From a virus: a DNA stretch of 64,000 nt. The position numbers and the translations under genes were made by a program. Location: positions 11,324-75,323 of IMG/VR virus record IMGVR_UViG_3300023313_000006; one strand, given 5' to 3'. The notes beneath the pieces were generated by a model. The model was not told the origin of the DNA. It ran no database searches and was given only the letters and a program-made list of their open reading frames with translations. Below, one piece after another: positions 1 to 9,011 of this stretch; positions within the stretch are counted from its first letter, which is position 1; every line of letters begins with the position of its first letter.

Positions 1-1501
1 TGACGGTCGGTGAATTGGTGTTGTTGTCAACGAACGATGAAACATTGTTGTTTGTTTGTGCTGACAATTCCGAAAATTTGTTTGTCACGTTTTCTTTTCT
101 GACTTGAACCGCTTTTGCTGATTGATTGACAGCAACTGCTTTTCGTTTTTCGTCGGCAATTTTTCTTGCTTCTTCAATAGCACTTTTGCCACTGATTTGT
201 TGTTCTTTGGTTGGCACGTTGTTATTGTCGTCCGAAGCAAAGGACTTGATCACATCATAGCCGGTTAGCATAGCACCGCCAATAGCAATAGCACCAGCCA
301 ATTCTGGAGCAAGCAGTGTCGCGCCGGCAGCAAGAGCGATTTTTGACAGAATGCTCTTGCTGAACCATGCGCCAACTCTGGCAGCAGTTTTGCCTTTGAA
401 CAAAGAAGATGCTTTTTCTTTGATCGATTTCATCAAACCAACTTTCTTTGATTTCTTCCCCTCGGTTGGTTTTTCTTGATTCTGAATCGGGACGGTTGTC
501 ATTCGTCTCGTTGCTGACGAACCAGCAACGGCACCAGCAGCAGAAGCGATGCCACGTTTCCCGAAAATCTTAATGAAATTCCAAAACGATGTCAAGGCTC
601 GCTTCAATCCTTTGAAAATTCCGATTGATGCGACAAGCGAAACACCAAAAGACGTGATCGATCCAATGACAGAAGTGATAGCAGATACCAAGCTAGAAAA
701 AACAGCAACCAAAATGCCACCAAGAGCAAGCAACATTCGTCCAAAACCAAAGCGTTTTTGCTTCGTTGTTTTCTTTTCGATTTTGTTCTGATGTTTCGTT
801 TCGCGGCTTGTTTCAATCGCCAGTTGCTTGTCAATCGACGATTCTTTGTATAGACTGGCGACCGACGTTTGATCTTCGCCTTTTTTGATCGTGTTAGCAA
901 TCAATTTTGCGCGTTCCGCTTTCATTTCTTTGCGCATTTTCATTCGATCGCGAGCCGAATTGTATAGACTGGCGACCGAATTTTTTGCTACATTGATGAT
1001 TGCCATTCCTACGGGAGACGTACCAAGCGCACCTGCCATACCAGCAATCAATGAATCTGACATATTGCCGATTTTATTTGCTAGACTATCAAGACGATTG
1101 TCGGATGAAGCAAAACCGCGCTTCAAGGTCTTGATTTGTTCTTCTAGCAATTCGCGTTCTTCGTCTGAAATGTTTTTATCTTTCTCAACGATTCGCGTCA
1201 ACTCTTTTAGTTGTTCTCTGGCAACTTTGTTTTCTTCCGAATTGCCACGACCTTGTTGTGCTAATTCGTCCAATTTGGTCACGACGTGTTTGGACAATTC
1301 CGATTTTTCCGAAACAGCAGAAAAGGTGCTATCATTGACTGAACGAATGATGTCAAAGATGTGAAAGGCGGCATTTGCTCTGCCAACCAAACTAACAAGA
1401 GCTTTTTCGTTTTGGTCATTTTCCGCTATTGGCGATCGACGAAAATCGCCGCTTGCGTTGCTGGCTTCGACTTTCGCCTTCACTGCCGACAAATCGTTCA
1501 T
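1..1501 (-). CDS. Tape-measure-like / baseplate hub protein (gp29-like), truncated by the window edge
   Basis: Not in the ORF track because it runs off the window. ATG at 1501-1499 (MNDLSAVKAKVEASNASGDFRRSP...) overlaps the gp51 stop. Helical, Ala/Gly-rich and hydrophobic stretches; position after gp26/gp51 matches T4-like synteny. Confidence 0.65.
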   Translation of the reverse strand, partial: MNDLSAVKAKVEASNASGDFRRSPIAENDQNEKALVSLVGRANAAFHIFDIIRSVNDSTFSAVSEKSELSKHVVTKLDELAQQGRGNSEENKVAREQLKELTRIVEKDKNISDEERELLEEQIKTLKRGFASSDNRLDSLANKIGNMSDSLIAGMAGALGTSPVGMAIINVAKNSVASLYNSARDRMKMRKEMKAERAKLIANTIKKGEDQTSVASLYKESSIDKQLAIETSRETKHQNKIEKKTTKQKRFGFGRMLLALGGILVAVFSSLVSAITSVIGSITSFGVSLVASIGIFKGLKRALTSFWNFIKIFGKRGIASAAGAVAGSSATRRMTTVPIQNQEKPTEGKKSKKVGLMKSIKEKASSLFKGKTAARVGAWFSKSILSKIALAAGATLLAPELAGAIAIGGAMLTGYDVIKSFASDDNNNVPTKEQQISGKSAIEEARKIADEKRKAVAVNQSAKAVQVRKENVTNKFSELSAQTNNNVSSFVDNNTNSPTV

Positions 1502-1665
1502 GCTTTCGCTTCCTCTTTCTTTTCGCGCAAACGAGCGAGAATCATATATGTATAGATTTCTCGTTCCCACGGCAACATATTTTCCAATTCGGTTAAGCTA
1601 TAATGAAGTTCGTGAATCAGCTCGAAGTTCAATTTATAGAACGATTGGAGATCATCACTTATCAA
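1498..1665 (-). CDS. gp51: Baseplate hub assembly catalyst gp51 (55 aa; may be made only by frameshift from gp26)
   Basis: Manual translation LISDDLQSFYKLNFELIHELHYSLTELENMLPWEREIYTYMILARLREKKEEAKA*, carrying the SLxELENMxPWERxIY motif of T4-like gp51. Confidence 0.85.
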   Translation of the reverse strand: MISDDLQSFYKLNFELIHELHYSLTELENMLPWEREIYTYMILARLREKKEEAKA

Positions 1666-1667
1666 GA

Positions 1668-2390
1668 TTAGTCGAAAAAACTATCGATCCCCGAAATGCG
1701 AATTGTGTCTGTTGCACCACATTGAGCGCATCTATATTTAACGTCAAGATATAGTTGTTGGGTCGATGAAATCCAATTTTCAATTTCTTTCATTTGATCG
1801 TCCGAAAAACTATCGACAAAATCAGCGATTTCATCTTTGGTCAAATCCTTTGTCAACCAGACTTGATCGTTGTCGTAAATCGATTCGATATGCGCATACA
1901 GCACAAGAAAATGCTTCTCGACTTCCGAAAAATCCGAATTTTCAATAGCAGACAACACTTCAACCGACGGCACTGCCATCTTGATCCCAACTTCTGGTGT
2001 CAATTCTATGACGTTATTTTCGTTTTGTTCGGTGACTTTGACATCGTGCAAATCAACGTCGATGTCATTCACCATTCCGCATTTTTCGCCATCAACTTCG
2101 TTTTCGCAACGGAACGATAGTGTCGTTGTATAGCCTTTGGCTTTGGCTCGAATTTGTAAAATCAACCATTCGAGATCGGTAGCACACAATTTCTTGGTGT
2201 CAACTTTTCCGAACGTACAATTATTGACGATTTGGTGAACAGCAGCAATCATATCTTTTTCTTCGCCAGACGATTCGGCGATAATCAAAATCTTTTCTTC
2301 TTTGACCAAGAATGGTCTATATTCAACTTCTCTGCCAGATACGGGAAGCGTCGTTGTTGAAATTGGTGCGTTTAATACGGGTAGTGCCAT
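1668..2390 (-). CDS. gp26: Baseplate hub assembly protein gp26
   Basis: MALP..., YRPFLVKEEKIL, LQIRAKAKG, C-terminal CxxC and GIDSFF ending, typical of T4-like gp26. Confidence 0.9.
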   Translation of the reverse strand: MALPVLNAPISTTTLPVSGREVEYRPFLVKEEKILIIAESSGEEKDMIAAVHQIVNNCTFGKVDTKKLCATDLEWLILQIRAKAKGYTTTLSFRCENEVDGEKCGMVNDIDVDLHDVKVTEQNENNVIELTPEVGIKMAVPSVEVLSAIENSDFSEVEKHFLVLYAHIESIYDNDQVWLTKDLTKDEIADFVDSFSDDQMKEIENWISSTQQLYLDVKYRCAQCGATDTIRISGIDSFFD

Positions 2391-2401
2391 AAATTAAATC
2401 C

Positions 2402-3322
2402 TCAAATTGTTGACCATTGACGATAAGCAAACTGTACTTCGAACGTGGCGATTGTGTCCGTCGTGTCAAAAGACAATTCGATCGATGATATATTCGTCGG
2501 GAATACATCAACACATCTAATGGTCTTTGACTTGTTTAGATCGTTGGTTAGTTGCGTTACTTCAATGGTTCCGTAGTATGATTTGGCGAAGCGGAATTGA
2601 GCATTGGCTTCGTCGTATATATAATTATGCCAGTTTTCAAAGAAGGTACGTTCTGAATGATCGTCTGACAAACGGAACGTCAAGCGCAACTCATCATAAA
2701 TGTTGTCATAGGGCAATTTGGTCTGGATTGGACTACCGCGACGAACATCGAATGTGCTGAATGATTTGCCGGGCATCGAAGCAGACACGCATTGAAAGGT
2801 GTGATTTCTCGAATCGCCAATAGCCGTCGGAGCAAAAACACTGACTTCATATTTCGTGGGGCGCGCAAACGTAAATTTACTGAAAACCGAATTTACGTCT
2901 GTTGCTTCTGTTCCGGGTGTTGTTGGTTTGATGAATGAACCTAGTGGTTTGACTGAATAGAAACCAAAGAATTTGCCAATATCAAAAGTTTTCAAAGCAT
3001 CCGACAAAACATTGCTGCCGAGAATGTCATTCAAAGCAGCAGCACTCACTCTCGTTGCTGTTGATAAAACTTCATTGGTGACAGTACCAAGAACAGAGCC
3101 GACCAATCCACCACTGTTTAGCGTCACATTCACCCAACTAGGCAAAACTCTACTTTTCGTTAATTGTATTCCCTTCTCTACCAGAATTGATGGGTTCTGA
3201 ATATCAGTGACGCCAGCAACATGAATGTTACCAACGCCCAATTCTCCGGTGATACCATTTACCGTTTTTTGGACGTTGGGCAGGGACTCTAGCGGATTGA
3301 TTATTGAATCGAGAAACCCCAT
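2402..3322 (-). CDS. gp54: Baseplate/tail-tube initiator gp54-like, with N-terminal extension
   Basis: ARPTKYEV...SMPGK...KLPY...LRLTF...FFENW tube-protein fold in the C-terminal half; synteny. Confidence 0.75.
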   Translation of the reverse strand: MGFLDSIINPLESLPNVQKTVNGITGELGVGNIHVAGVTDIQNPSILVEKGIQLTKSRVLPSWVNVTLNSGGLVGSVLGTVTNEVLSTATRVSAAALNDILGSNVLSDALKTFDIGKFFGFYSVKPLGSFIKPTTPGTEATDVNSVFSKFTFARPTKYEVSVFAPTAIGDSRNHTFQCVSASMPGKSFSTFDVRRGSPIQTKLPYDNIYDELRLTFRLSDDHSERTFFENWHNYIYDEANAQFRFAKSYYGTIEVTQLTNDLNKSKTIRCVDVFPTNISSIELSFDTTDTIATFEVQFAYRQWSTI

Positions 3323-3822
3323 TATTTTCTCCTATTTCGATGAAACTTGGCCAGCGGCAGATAAATGATGTTCTCCCATTCCTCTTTGGGAATTTCTAGC
3401 AAGTTTGATTTGAAATGACTGAACAGATACATTTTGACTGCTGGCTTGAACCGTTCTTGTTTTGCTATAGCAGATAAGGTAGCAGCAGCAATTTGTGGAT
3501 ATTTGCGCTTGCCCGACGCTTTGTTCAAAGCATTCAACAATTTAGTTCGCACGTCTGGTGTTAAATAGTGGAAATTCAAGCCGTAAATATGCTTTGCGTC
3601 CGCTTTCCAGAACATCGTTAGTGGTGCGGCGTCCCAAATCGGCAATGTGTCTTTGTATTTTGCGTCATATATACACAGATACATTTTACCACCGACCGGC
3701 TTGGTTACTTCCTTGAAGCCGGTACTTTTCAGCTTAATTTTCAACCAAAGAATCGATTGTCTTGCTTTTGCTGCTAGACGCGACGATGATATTTTGGTTT
3801 TTAGTCCCGATAAAATCGACAT
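3322..3822 (-). CDS. gp2: DNA end protector protein gp2
   Basis: GKMY..YDAKYKDTLPIWD..PL and GLNFHYL motifs. Start moved to ATG 3822, just after the late promoter TATAAATA. Confidence 0.9.
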   Translation of the reverse strand: MSILSGLKTKISSSRLAAKARQSILWLKIKLKSTGFKEVTKPVGGKMYLCIYDAKYKDTLPIWDAAPLTMFWKADAKHIYGLNFHYLTPDVRTKLLNALNKASGKRKYPQIAAATLSAIAKQERFKPAVKMYLFSHFKSNLLEIPKEEWENIIYLPLAKFHRNRRK

Positions 3823-3845
3823 AATATTATTTATAGAGGTTATCA

Positions 3846-4298
3846 ATGGCATACAAAGGATTTTTCACACCCACAAATCCCGAAAAATGGATTTCGACAA
3901 CAAAAGGTCTGGGTGGTGGACGCATCCAATATCGCAGTTCGTATGAACGCAAATTCATGGGATGGGCCGACACATGCCCGGACGTGTTGAAAATTGCTTC
4001 GGAAGAAGTGGTCGTGCCCTATCGTTCACCACTAGATGGCAAGATTCATCGTTACTACGTCGATTTCTATATCATGCTACAATTACCGAATGGCGAAATC
4101 GTTGAAAAATTGATTGAAATCAAGCCAGCGAAAGAAACAAAAATGCCACGACAAAAGAAGAACCAAAAGCGTTACATCCAAGAATGTAAAACGTATGCGG
4201 TCAACCAAGCAAAATGGGAAGCGGCACGAAAAGTGGCGAAAAAGAACAACTGGGAATTTGTCATTATGACTGAAAAAGAGCTTGGGATTCGCCGCTAA
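3846..4298 (+). CDS. gp4: Head completion nuclease gp4
   Basis: MAYKGFFTPTNPEK, YRSSYE, HRYYVDF, IEIKP, VNQAKWEAA. Confidence 0.95.
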   Translation: MAYKGFFTPTNPEKWISTTKGLGGGRIQYRSSYERKFMGWADTCPDVLKIASEEVVVPYRSPLDGKIHRYYVDFYIMLQLPNGEIVEKLIEIKPAKETKMPRQKKNQKRYIQECKTYAVNQAKWEAARKVAKKNNWEFVIMTEKELGIRR

Positions 4299-4307
4299 AT
4301 AATAGTC

Positions 4308-5108
4308 ATGGCATCAATGACTTATCCTTCGGAATTTGACGATTACAGTTCATTCGTTTACTTTGAAGCATACAAGTACATCCCAACGGTCGAGAATGAA
4401 CCTAGTCAATCCGGCGAAGGCTCCAACATCAAGAACAAAAAGTATGACTTGTCGCTATTGGACGACATCACGCTCTATTTCCCAAACGAAAGTCAATCGA
4501 CGCAAACGCTTTCATGGAACGAAAAAGAAGGCGGGATGCTGATGCGAATGTTGAAGCGCGGTGGTGTTGTTGCTGACGCATTCAAAAAATCAACGTTGTC
4601 CGACCATAGCGCATTGACCAACGCATTGAAAGATCAAGGATTGGAAGCAGCCAAAGATATTTTCTTCGGTGGTTATTTGCTAGATAAACTTGGTAAATCG
4701 GAAGGCCAGATTCAAAATCCCTTGAAAGATATGTTTTTTGGTGGCGTCAATTTCAGAGAACACGAATTCAGCTTCGATTTTTCGCCGGTAAATCAAAGCG
4801 AAGCAAACGAAGTTAGAAACATCATCCGAGCATTCAAGAAAAATTCATTGCCAAGCAGTGTCAATGGTTCAATGATGCCATATCCTCCGACTTGGAAAAT
4901 CACAGCAGTTCGTGGTGGTCAAGAAGTGCAGCAATATAAAAAGTGTGCTATCACTTCAATCAACACAAACTATTCACCAGATCAGGTGATTGCTAACCTT
5001 GAAGATGGTTCGCCAGCACACATCAAACTGACACTATCCTTCAAAGAGATTGAATTGGTGGCAGGCAACGACTATGATTCTTTGCCTGACAATTCTTATG
5101 GTTATTGA
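4308..5108 (+). CDS. gp48: Baseplate tail-tube cap gp48
   Basis: NP...FGGVNFREHEFSFDFSP...EA..VRNII..FK, C.ITSINTNYSP, LSFKEIE. Confidence 0.85.
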   Translation: MASMTYPSEFDDYSSFVYFEAYKYIPTVENEPSQSGEGSNIKNKKYDLSLLDDITLYFPNESQSTQTLSWNEKEGGMLMRMLKRGGVVADAFKKSTLSDHSALTNALKDQGLEAAKDIFFGGYLLDKLGKSEGQIQNPLKDMFFGGVNFREHEFSFDFSPVNQSEANEVRNIIRAFKKNSLPSSVNGSMMPYPPTWKITAVRGGQEVQQYKKCAITSINTNYSPDQVIANLEDGSPAHIKLTLSFKEIELVAGNDYDSLPDNSYGY

Positions 5109-5578
5109 CAATGAATTATTTTGACAATATCCCACTACTAACGATCAATGGTTATACAACCAAAGACATCACTCGCAGAGCGCACATTTCCAATTTGATT
5201 AAAAACAAAGCGGACTTCTTCTATTTCTACAACGTCAAGGATGGCGAAAAGATCGAAGATGTTGCTTACAATCACTACGAAGATGCCGGGCTTCATTGGT
5301 TGGTGATGCTGATGAATGATATTGTCGATCCATTCTATGACTGGGTGTTGAGCAACAAAGAATTGGATGCGTACATAGCAGCAAAATATACCGACCCGGA
5401 AGCAACCCACCACTGGTTGCTAAATGGTGTGATCTATAATCACAATGTTCAAGGTTCAGTTGCTATTTCAAACAGACAATTCGAGATTGACGAGAACGAG
5501 AAGAAGCGGAAAATTCAACTCGTTCGCCCGGATTATATCAATCAAATCTTGCGTGAAATCAAAACTCTGCTATTATGA
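5105..5578 (+). CDS. gp53: Baseplate wedge gp53 (LysM-like)
   Basis: YNVKDGEKIEDVAY..Y....HWLVMLMNDIVDPFYDW; NEKKRKIQL. Confidence 0.9.
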   Translation: MTMNYFDNIPLLTINGYTTKDITRRAHISNLIKNKADFFYFYNVKDGEKIEDVAYNHYEDAGLHWLVMLMNDIVDPFYDWVLSNKELDAYIAAKYTDPEATHHWLLNGVIYNHNVQGSVAISNRQFEIDENEKKRKIQLVRPDYINQILREIKTLLL

Positions 5579-6858
5579 AACGCTATATTCAGGGCGGAAT
5601 CAGTATATATTCGATGACACTAACTTCGGATGGTGGCAAATCCGTTGACATCACCAATTTGTTTGTCGAAATGTCAATCTATGAAGATATATTCTCTAAT
5701 GGCATTTCTGGTCATGTGAAGCTGGTCGATTCTTTTCATCTACCGGAAACGCTGCCAATCATAGCAGAAGAAACGTTGACTGTTTCGTTCAATTCAAACA
5801 AAGATAGCAAGTGGCAGTTCACCAAGAGCTTTAGAATCAACCGAATCGAAAAATATACGGTCGATGAAAACGAAAATCTATCAACTTATGTTCTTCAATT
5901 CGTTTCACCAATGTTTGAATTGAATCAAAAACTGCGGCTGAACATGAGCTTTGGTTCAGAACAAAAGGGAATGCTAGCAAGCGACATCGTGACAGAAGTT
6001 GCTACTAAGCACATGGGAATTCCGGCGAAAGAATTGAAGGTCGAAAAATCACGATTTGATCGACACGTCATTTGCGGCAACTGGACGCCATATCAGCTAT
6101 TTAATTTCTTGGCTCGAACAGATATATTGGACGCAGGTGCTGTTGAAAACAACAAAATGTCATCGTTTTTGTTCTTTGAGGACAGAGACGGCTTCAAATT
6201 TGTTTCGATTGCTTCAATGGTCGAAAACAAACTACATTCGGGCGAAGATTTGTTCGAAGCAATCAATTTTCGACCAAAGCCAGATCAGAACAAATCAAAA
6301 ACGATGCTGACTACAGAAAACCAAGTATTGTCGTATGATATTGTGTCGTGGCAGGATTCGTTGGACAACACGATTTCTGGACTTCATTCATCGCGCAACA
6401 TCTATCACGACATCATTAACAAGACGATCACTGTATCGGATTTGCTATACAAAGACGCATTCAATCAAATGACGCACGTTGACGACAAATTGGCTTATCC
6501 GCTTGAATCGAACAGAAAGACGATGCCAAAAGAATCGACTTTGGTTCTGCCGAGCGAATATCACTATGCTAATGATTTGAAATTGACCAGAAAGTGGAAG
6601 CAAGAACGAAACATTGCTATTCAGGAATTGAAAAACTACAACATCGTGGCCGTTGTGAATGGTAGCACTAGATATAAGGTGGGAATGGTTGTTGATTGTC
6701 ACAACATTCATTCCACCAGAAGAAAGCCAAACGACACCAACTATGATTATGAAAATCTGAACGGGAAATATGTAGTGACTAAAATCCGACACGATTTCAC
6801 GAAGCACAAATACGTTCAGGCTCTCAATCTAGCCAAAGGGAGTATGAAGCGGATATGA
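5575..6858 (+). CDS. Baseplate hub protein (gp27-like)
   Basis: Between gp53 and gp5; SIYEDIF...G...D, FLFFEDRDGFKF, GKYVVTKIRH. Confidence 0.7.
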   Translation: MKRYIQGGISIYSMTLTSDGGKSVDITNLFVEMSIYEDIFSNGISGHVKLVDSFHLPETLPIIAEETLTVSFNSNKDSKWQFTKSFRINRIEKYTVDENENLSTYVLQFVSPMFELNQKLRLNMSFGSEQKGMLASDIVTEVATKHMGIPAKELKVEKSRFDRHVICGNWTPYQLFNFLARTDILDAGAVENNKMSSFLFFEDRDGFKFVSIASMVENKLHSGEDLFEAINFRPKPDQNKSKTMLTTENQVLSYDIVSWQDSLDNTISGLHSSRNIYHDIINKTITVSDLLYKDAFNQMTHVDDKLAYPLESNRKTMPKESTLVLPSEYHYANDLKLTRKWKQERNIAIQELKNYNIVAVVNGSTRYKVGMVVDCHNIHSTRRKPNDTNYDYENLNGKYVVTKIRHDFTKHKYVQALNLAKGSMKRI

Positions 6859-7799
6859 TTAACTCAATGGGCATGTTTCCGTTCTTTTGGTATGGTGTGG
6901 TCGAAGATCGAAACGACCCGCTGAAATTGGGTCGCGTTCGTGTGCGCATTCTCGGTAAACATTCAAAAGAATTGAAAGAGAACATCAAAACGGGCGAAGG
7001 TGTGCCAGTGACATCGCTTCCTTGGGCGCATCCAGCAATGCCAATCACCAGCGCTAGCATGAATGGCATCGGCGAGACGCCGGTCGGACCGGTCGAGGGC
7101 ACATGGGTCATCGGAATTTCGCGCGACGGCGATGCCTGTCAAAACTTGGTGTATATGTTCACGTTGCCGGGCATTCCACAAACAGAGCCGGCGATGGAAG
7201 GCTTTAACGATACAGAAGAAACAATCAAAGCAGCAGATCGTCCGCATCCATTAGGCGAAAGCGGTTCAAAATATCCAAAGAAATCTCACTTGAAAGAAGC
7301 AGACACCAATCGTCTTGCTAGAAACGAAAAGATCGATCAAACAATCGTCAAGAAAAAACGCGACAGTGAAGATAAAAACGTCCATGTTGCGCACGGTGGC
7401 AGTTGGAATGAACCGACGACACCATATCAAGCAACCTATCCATTCAATCGCGTTTTTGAATCAGAAAGTGGTCACATCCACGAGATCGACGACACGCCCG
7501 GAGCAGAACGCTTACATGAATACCATAGAAGCGGCACGTTCAATGAAGTTCATCCAGACGGCACGAAAGTTGAAAAGATCGTCAAAGACAACTATGAAAT
7601 CATTTTAGGCAACGATAACATTCACGTCAAGGGGAATTGTAACATTTCCATCGATGGCGACGCGAAAGTTTACGTCAAGAACAACGCAGATATTGAAGTC
7701 GGTGGGAATTTGACAGAAACAGTTGCCGGTAACTATTCATTGACAGCCGAAGGTGTAGTGACAATCATCGGTCGACAAAAGATCGACCTGAACCCGTAA
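6855..7799 (+). CDS. gp5: Baseplate central spike gp5 (OB fold plus beta-helix, no lysozyme domain)
   Basis: GVVEDRNDPLKLGRVRVR, LPWA, YPFNRVFESESGH..EIDDTPGAERL..YHRSGTF. Confidence 0.95.
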   Translation: MINSMGMFPFFWYGVVEDRNDPLKLGRVRVRILGKHSKELKENIKTGEGVPVTSLPWAHPAMPITSASMNGIGETPVGPVEGTWVIGISRDGDACQNLVYMFTLPGIPQTEPAMEGFNDTEETIKAADRPHPLGESGSKYPKKSHLKEADTNRLARNEKIDQTIVKKKRDSEDKNVHVAHGGSWNEPTTPYQATYPFNRVFESESGHIHEIDDTPGAERLHEYHRSGTFNEVHPDGTKVEKIVKDNYEIILGNDNIHVKGNCNISIDGDAKVYVKNNADIEVGGNLTETVAGNYSLTAEGVVTIIGRQKIDLNP

Positions 7800-7800
7800 A

Positions 7801-8322
7801 ATGCCCGGTTTCACACCATCAAACGCCGATATGGGAACGGTCAATGTTGGTGATGTGCTGAACGACACGATCACTTGGAGCAAGACCAATTTCCAACTAG
7901 ACGGATTTCGCATCGAAGCAAATGAATTTCCAACGTCACCAGATTTTTCGATTGTAGCGTCAACAACTGACGTTCAGATCAGCGGCATTGTGCCGAACCC
8001 GTGGGGTTACATTTCAGCGCAATACACTGACCACAACGACACACTACACACGATGAATGACATAATCGATCCAATCGTCGATTTGCCCAACAATGACATA
8101 ATGCTACATTTGGTGAAGCTCGAATATGATTCAACACCAAGCCAAGTCTTTCATTTTACAGTTCATGCCGACTGGAGCGAGCTTGACCCAAACACAAACG
8201 CACCAAAAGTACCAGCGGTAACAGGAACAGACACACAGACCTATTTCTACACCGTGCTGAACAATTGGACGGGAAACAAAAACAATTTTGACACACTGAA
8301 AGCAACGGGAAGGATTAGATAG
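7801..8322 (+). CDS. Hypothetical virion protein between gp5 and PAAR
   Basis: Tightly packed ORF in the baseplate operon. Confidence 0.6.
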   Translation: MPGFTPSNADMGTVNVGDVLNDTITWSKTNFQLDGFRIEANEFPTSPDFSIVASTTDVQISGIVPNPWGYISAQYTDHNDTLHTMNDIIDPIVDLPNNDIMLHLVKLEYDSTPSQVFHFTVHADWSELDPNTNAPKVPAVTGTDTQTYFYTVLNNWTGNKNNFDTLKATGRIR

Positions 8323-8613
8323 ATGCCAGCGGTTCATCTAAAGGGGCAAAAGGGCAGTGGGCATGGTTGCTTTTCTCCACGACCGAACATTCAGGGTTCG
8401 CCGAACGTGTTTGTCAACAGCACGCCAGTTCACAGAGAAGGCGACGCATGGGATTCGCATGGATGCGGTGTTTGTATTCCTCATGCCGGCAGCTTATCAA
8501 AGGGTTCATCGACAGTGTTTGTTAATGGTTCAGGAATCGCTAGAATCGGCGATCCAGTTGATTGTGGTTCCGTCTGCGCAGAAGGTTCGTCGAATGTGTT
8601 TGCTGGCGGCTAG
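8323..8613 (+). CDS. PAAR spike-tip protein (gp5.4-like)
   Basis: GHGCF.PRP...GSPNVFVN, H...C.PH, ARIGDPVDCG. Confidence 0.95.
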   Translation: MPAVHLKGQKGSGHGCFSPRPNIQGSPNVFVNSTPVHREGDAWDSHGCGVCIPHAGSLSKGSSTVFVNGSGIARIGDPVDCGSVCAEGSSNVFAGG

Positions 8614-8630
8614 CGAGCATAAATAATAAT

Positions 8631-9011
8631 ATGCCAAAATTCATTGATTTGAACCCGACATTTGCTGCTCATCCTAAAACTGGCGATCTAACTCGCCTAT
8701 ATGATGAAAATTCAATAAAAAATTCAATCAAATCTTTGATTTTGACAAATCACTATGAAGTTCCCTTTGCTCCTTGGAAAGGTGGCAATTTGATCGATTT
8801 GTTGTTTGAGCCAGTGACGCAACTAACATCGTTCAAAATCAAAAAACGAATCGAAGATACAATCACCAACGAAGAACCGCGCGTGACACTGAAAAACGTC
8901 TATGTTTCATTCAATGAATCATATAACGCTTATGACGTGAAAATTCATTTTACGATCAACAATGACAACACACCGATCATTCTCAATATGATACTACGGA
9001 GAGAAAGATAA
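8631..9011 (+). CDS. gp25: Baseplate wedge gp25
   Basis: HPKTGDL, SIK.LILTN.YE.PF.P, EPRV. Start moved to ATG 8631 after a late promoter. Confidence 0.9.
   Translation: MPKFIDLNPTFAAHPKTGDLTRLYDENSIKNSIKSLILTNHYEVPFAPWKGGNLIDLLFEPVTQLTSFKIKKRIEDTITNEEPRVTLKNVYVSFNESYNAYDVKIHFTINNDNTPIILNMILRRER

Noticed and set aside
549-1754. Plus-strand ORFs in the track
   Set aside because: Antisense shadows of the minus-strand tape-measure-like gene, gp51 and gp26.
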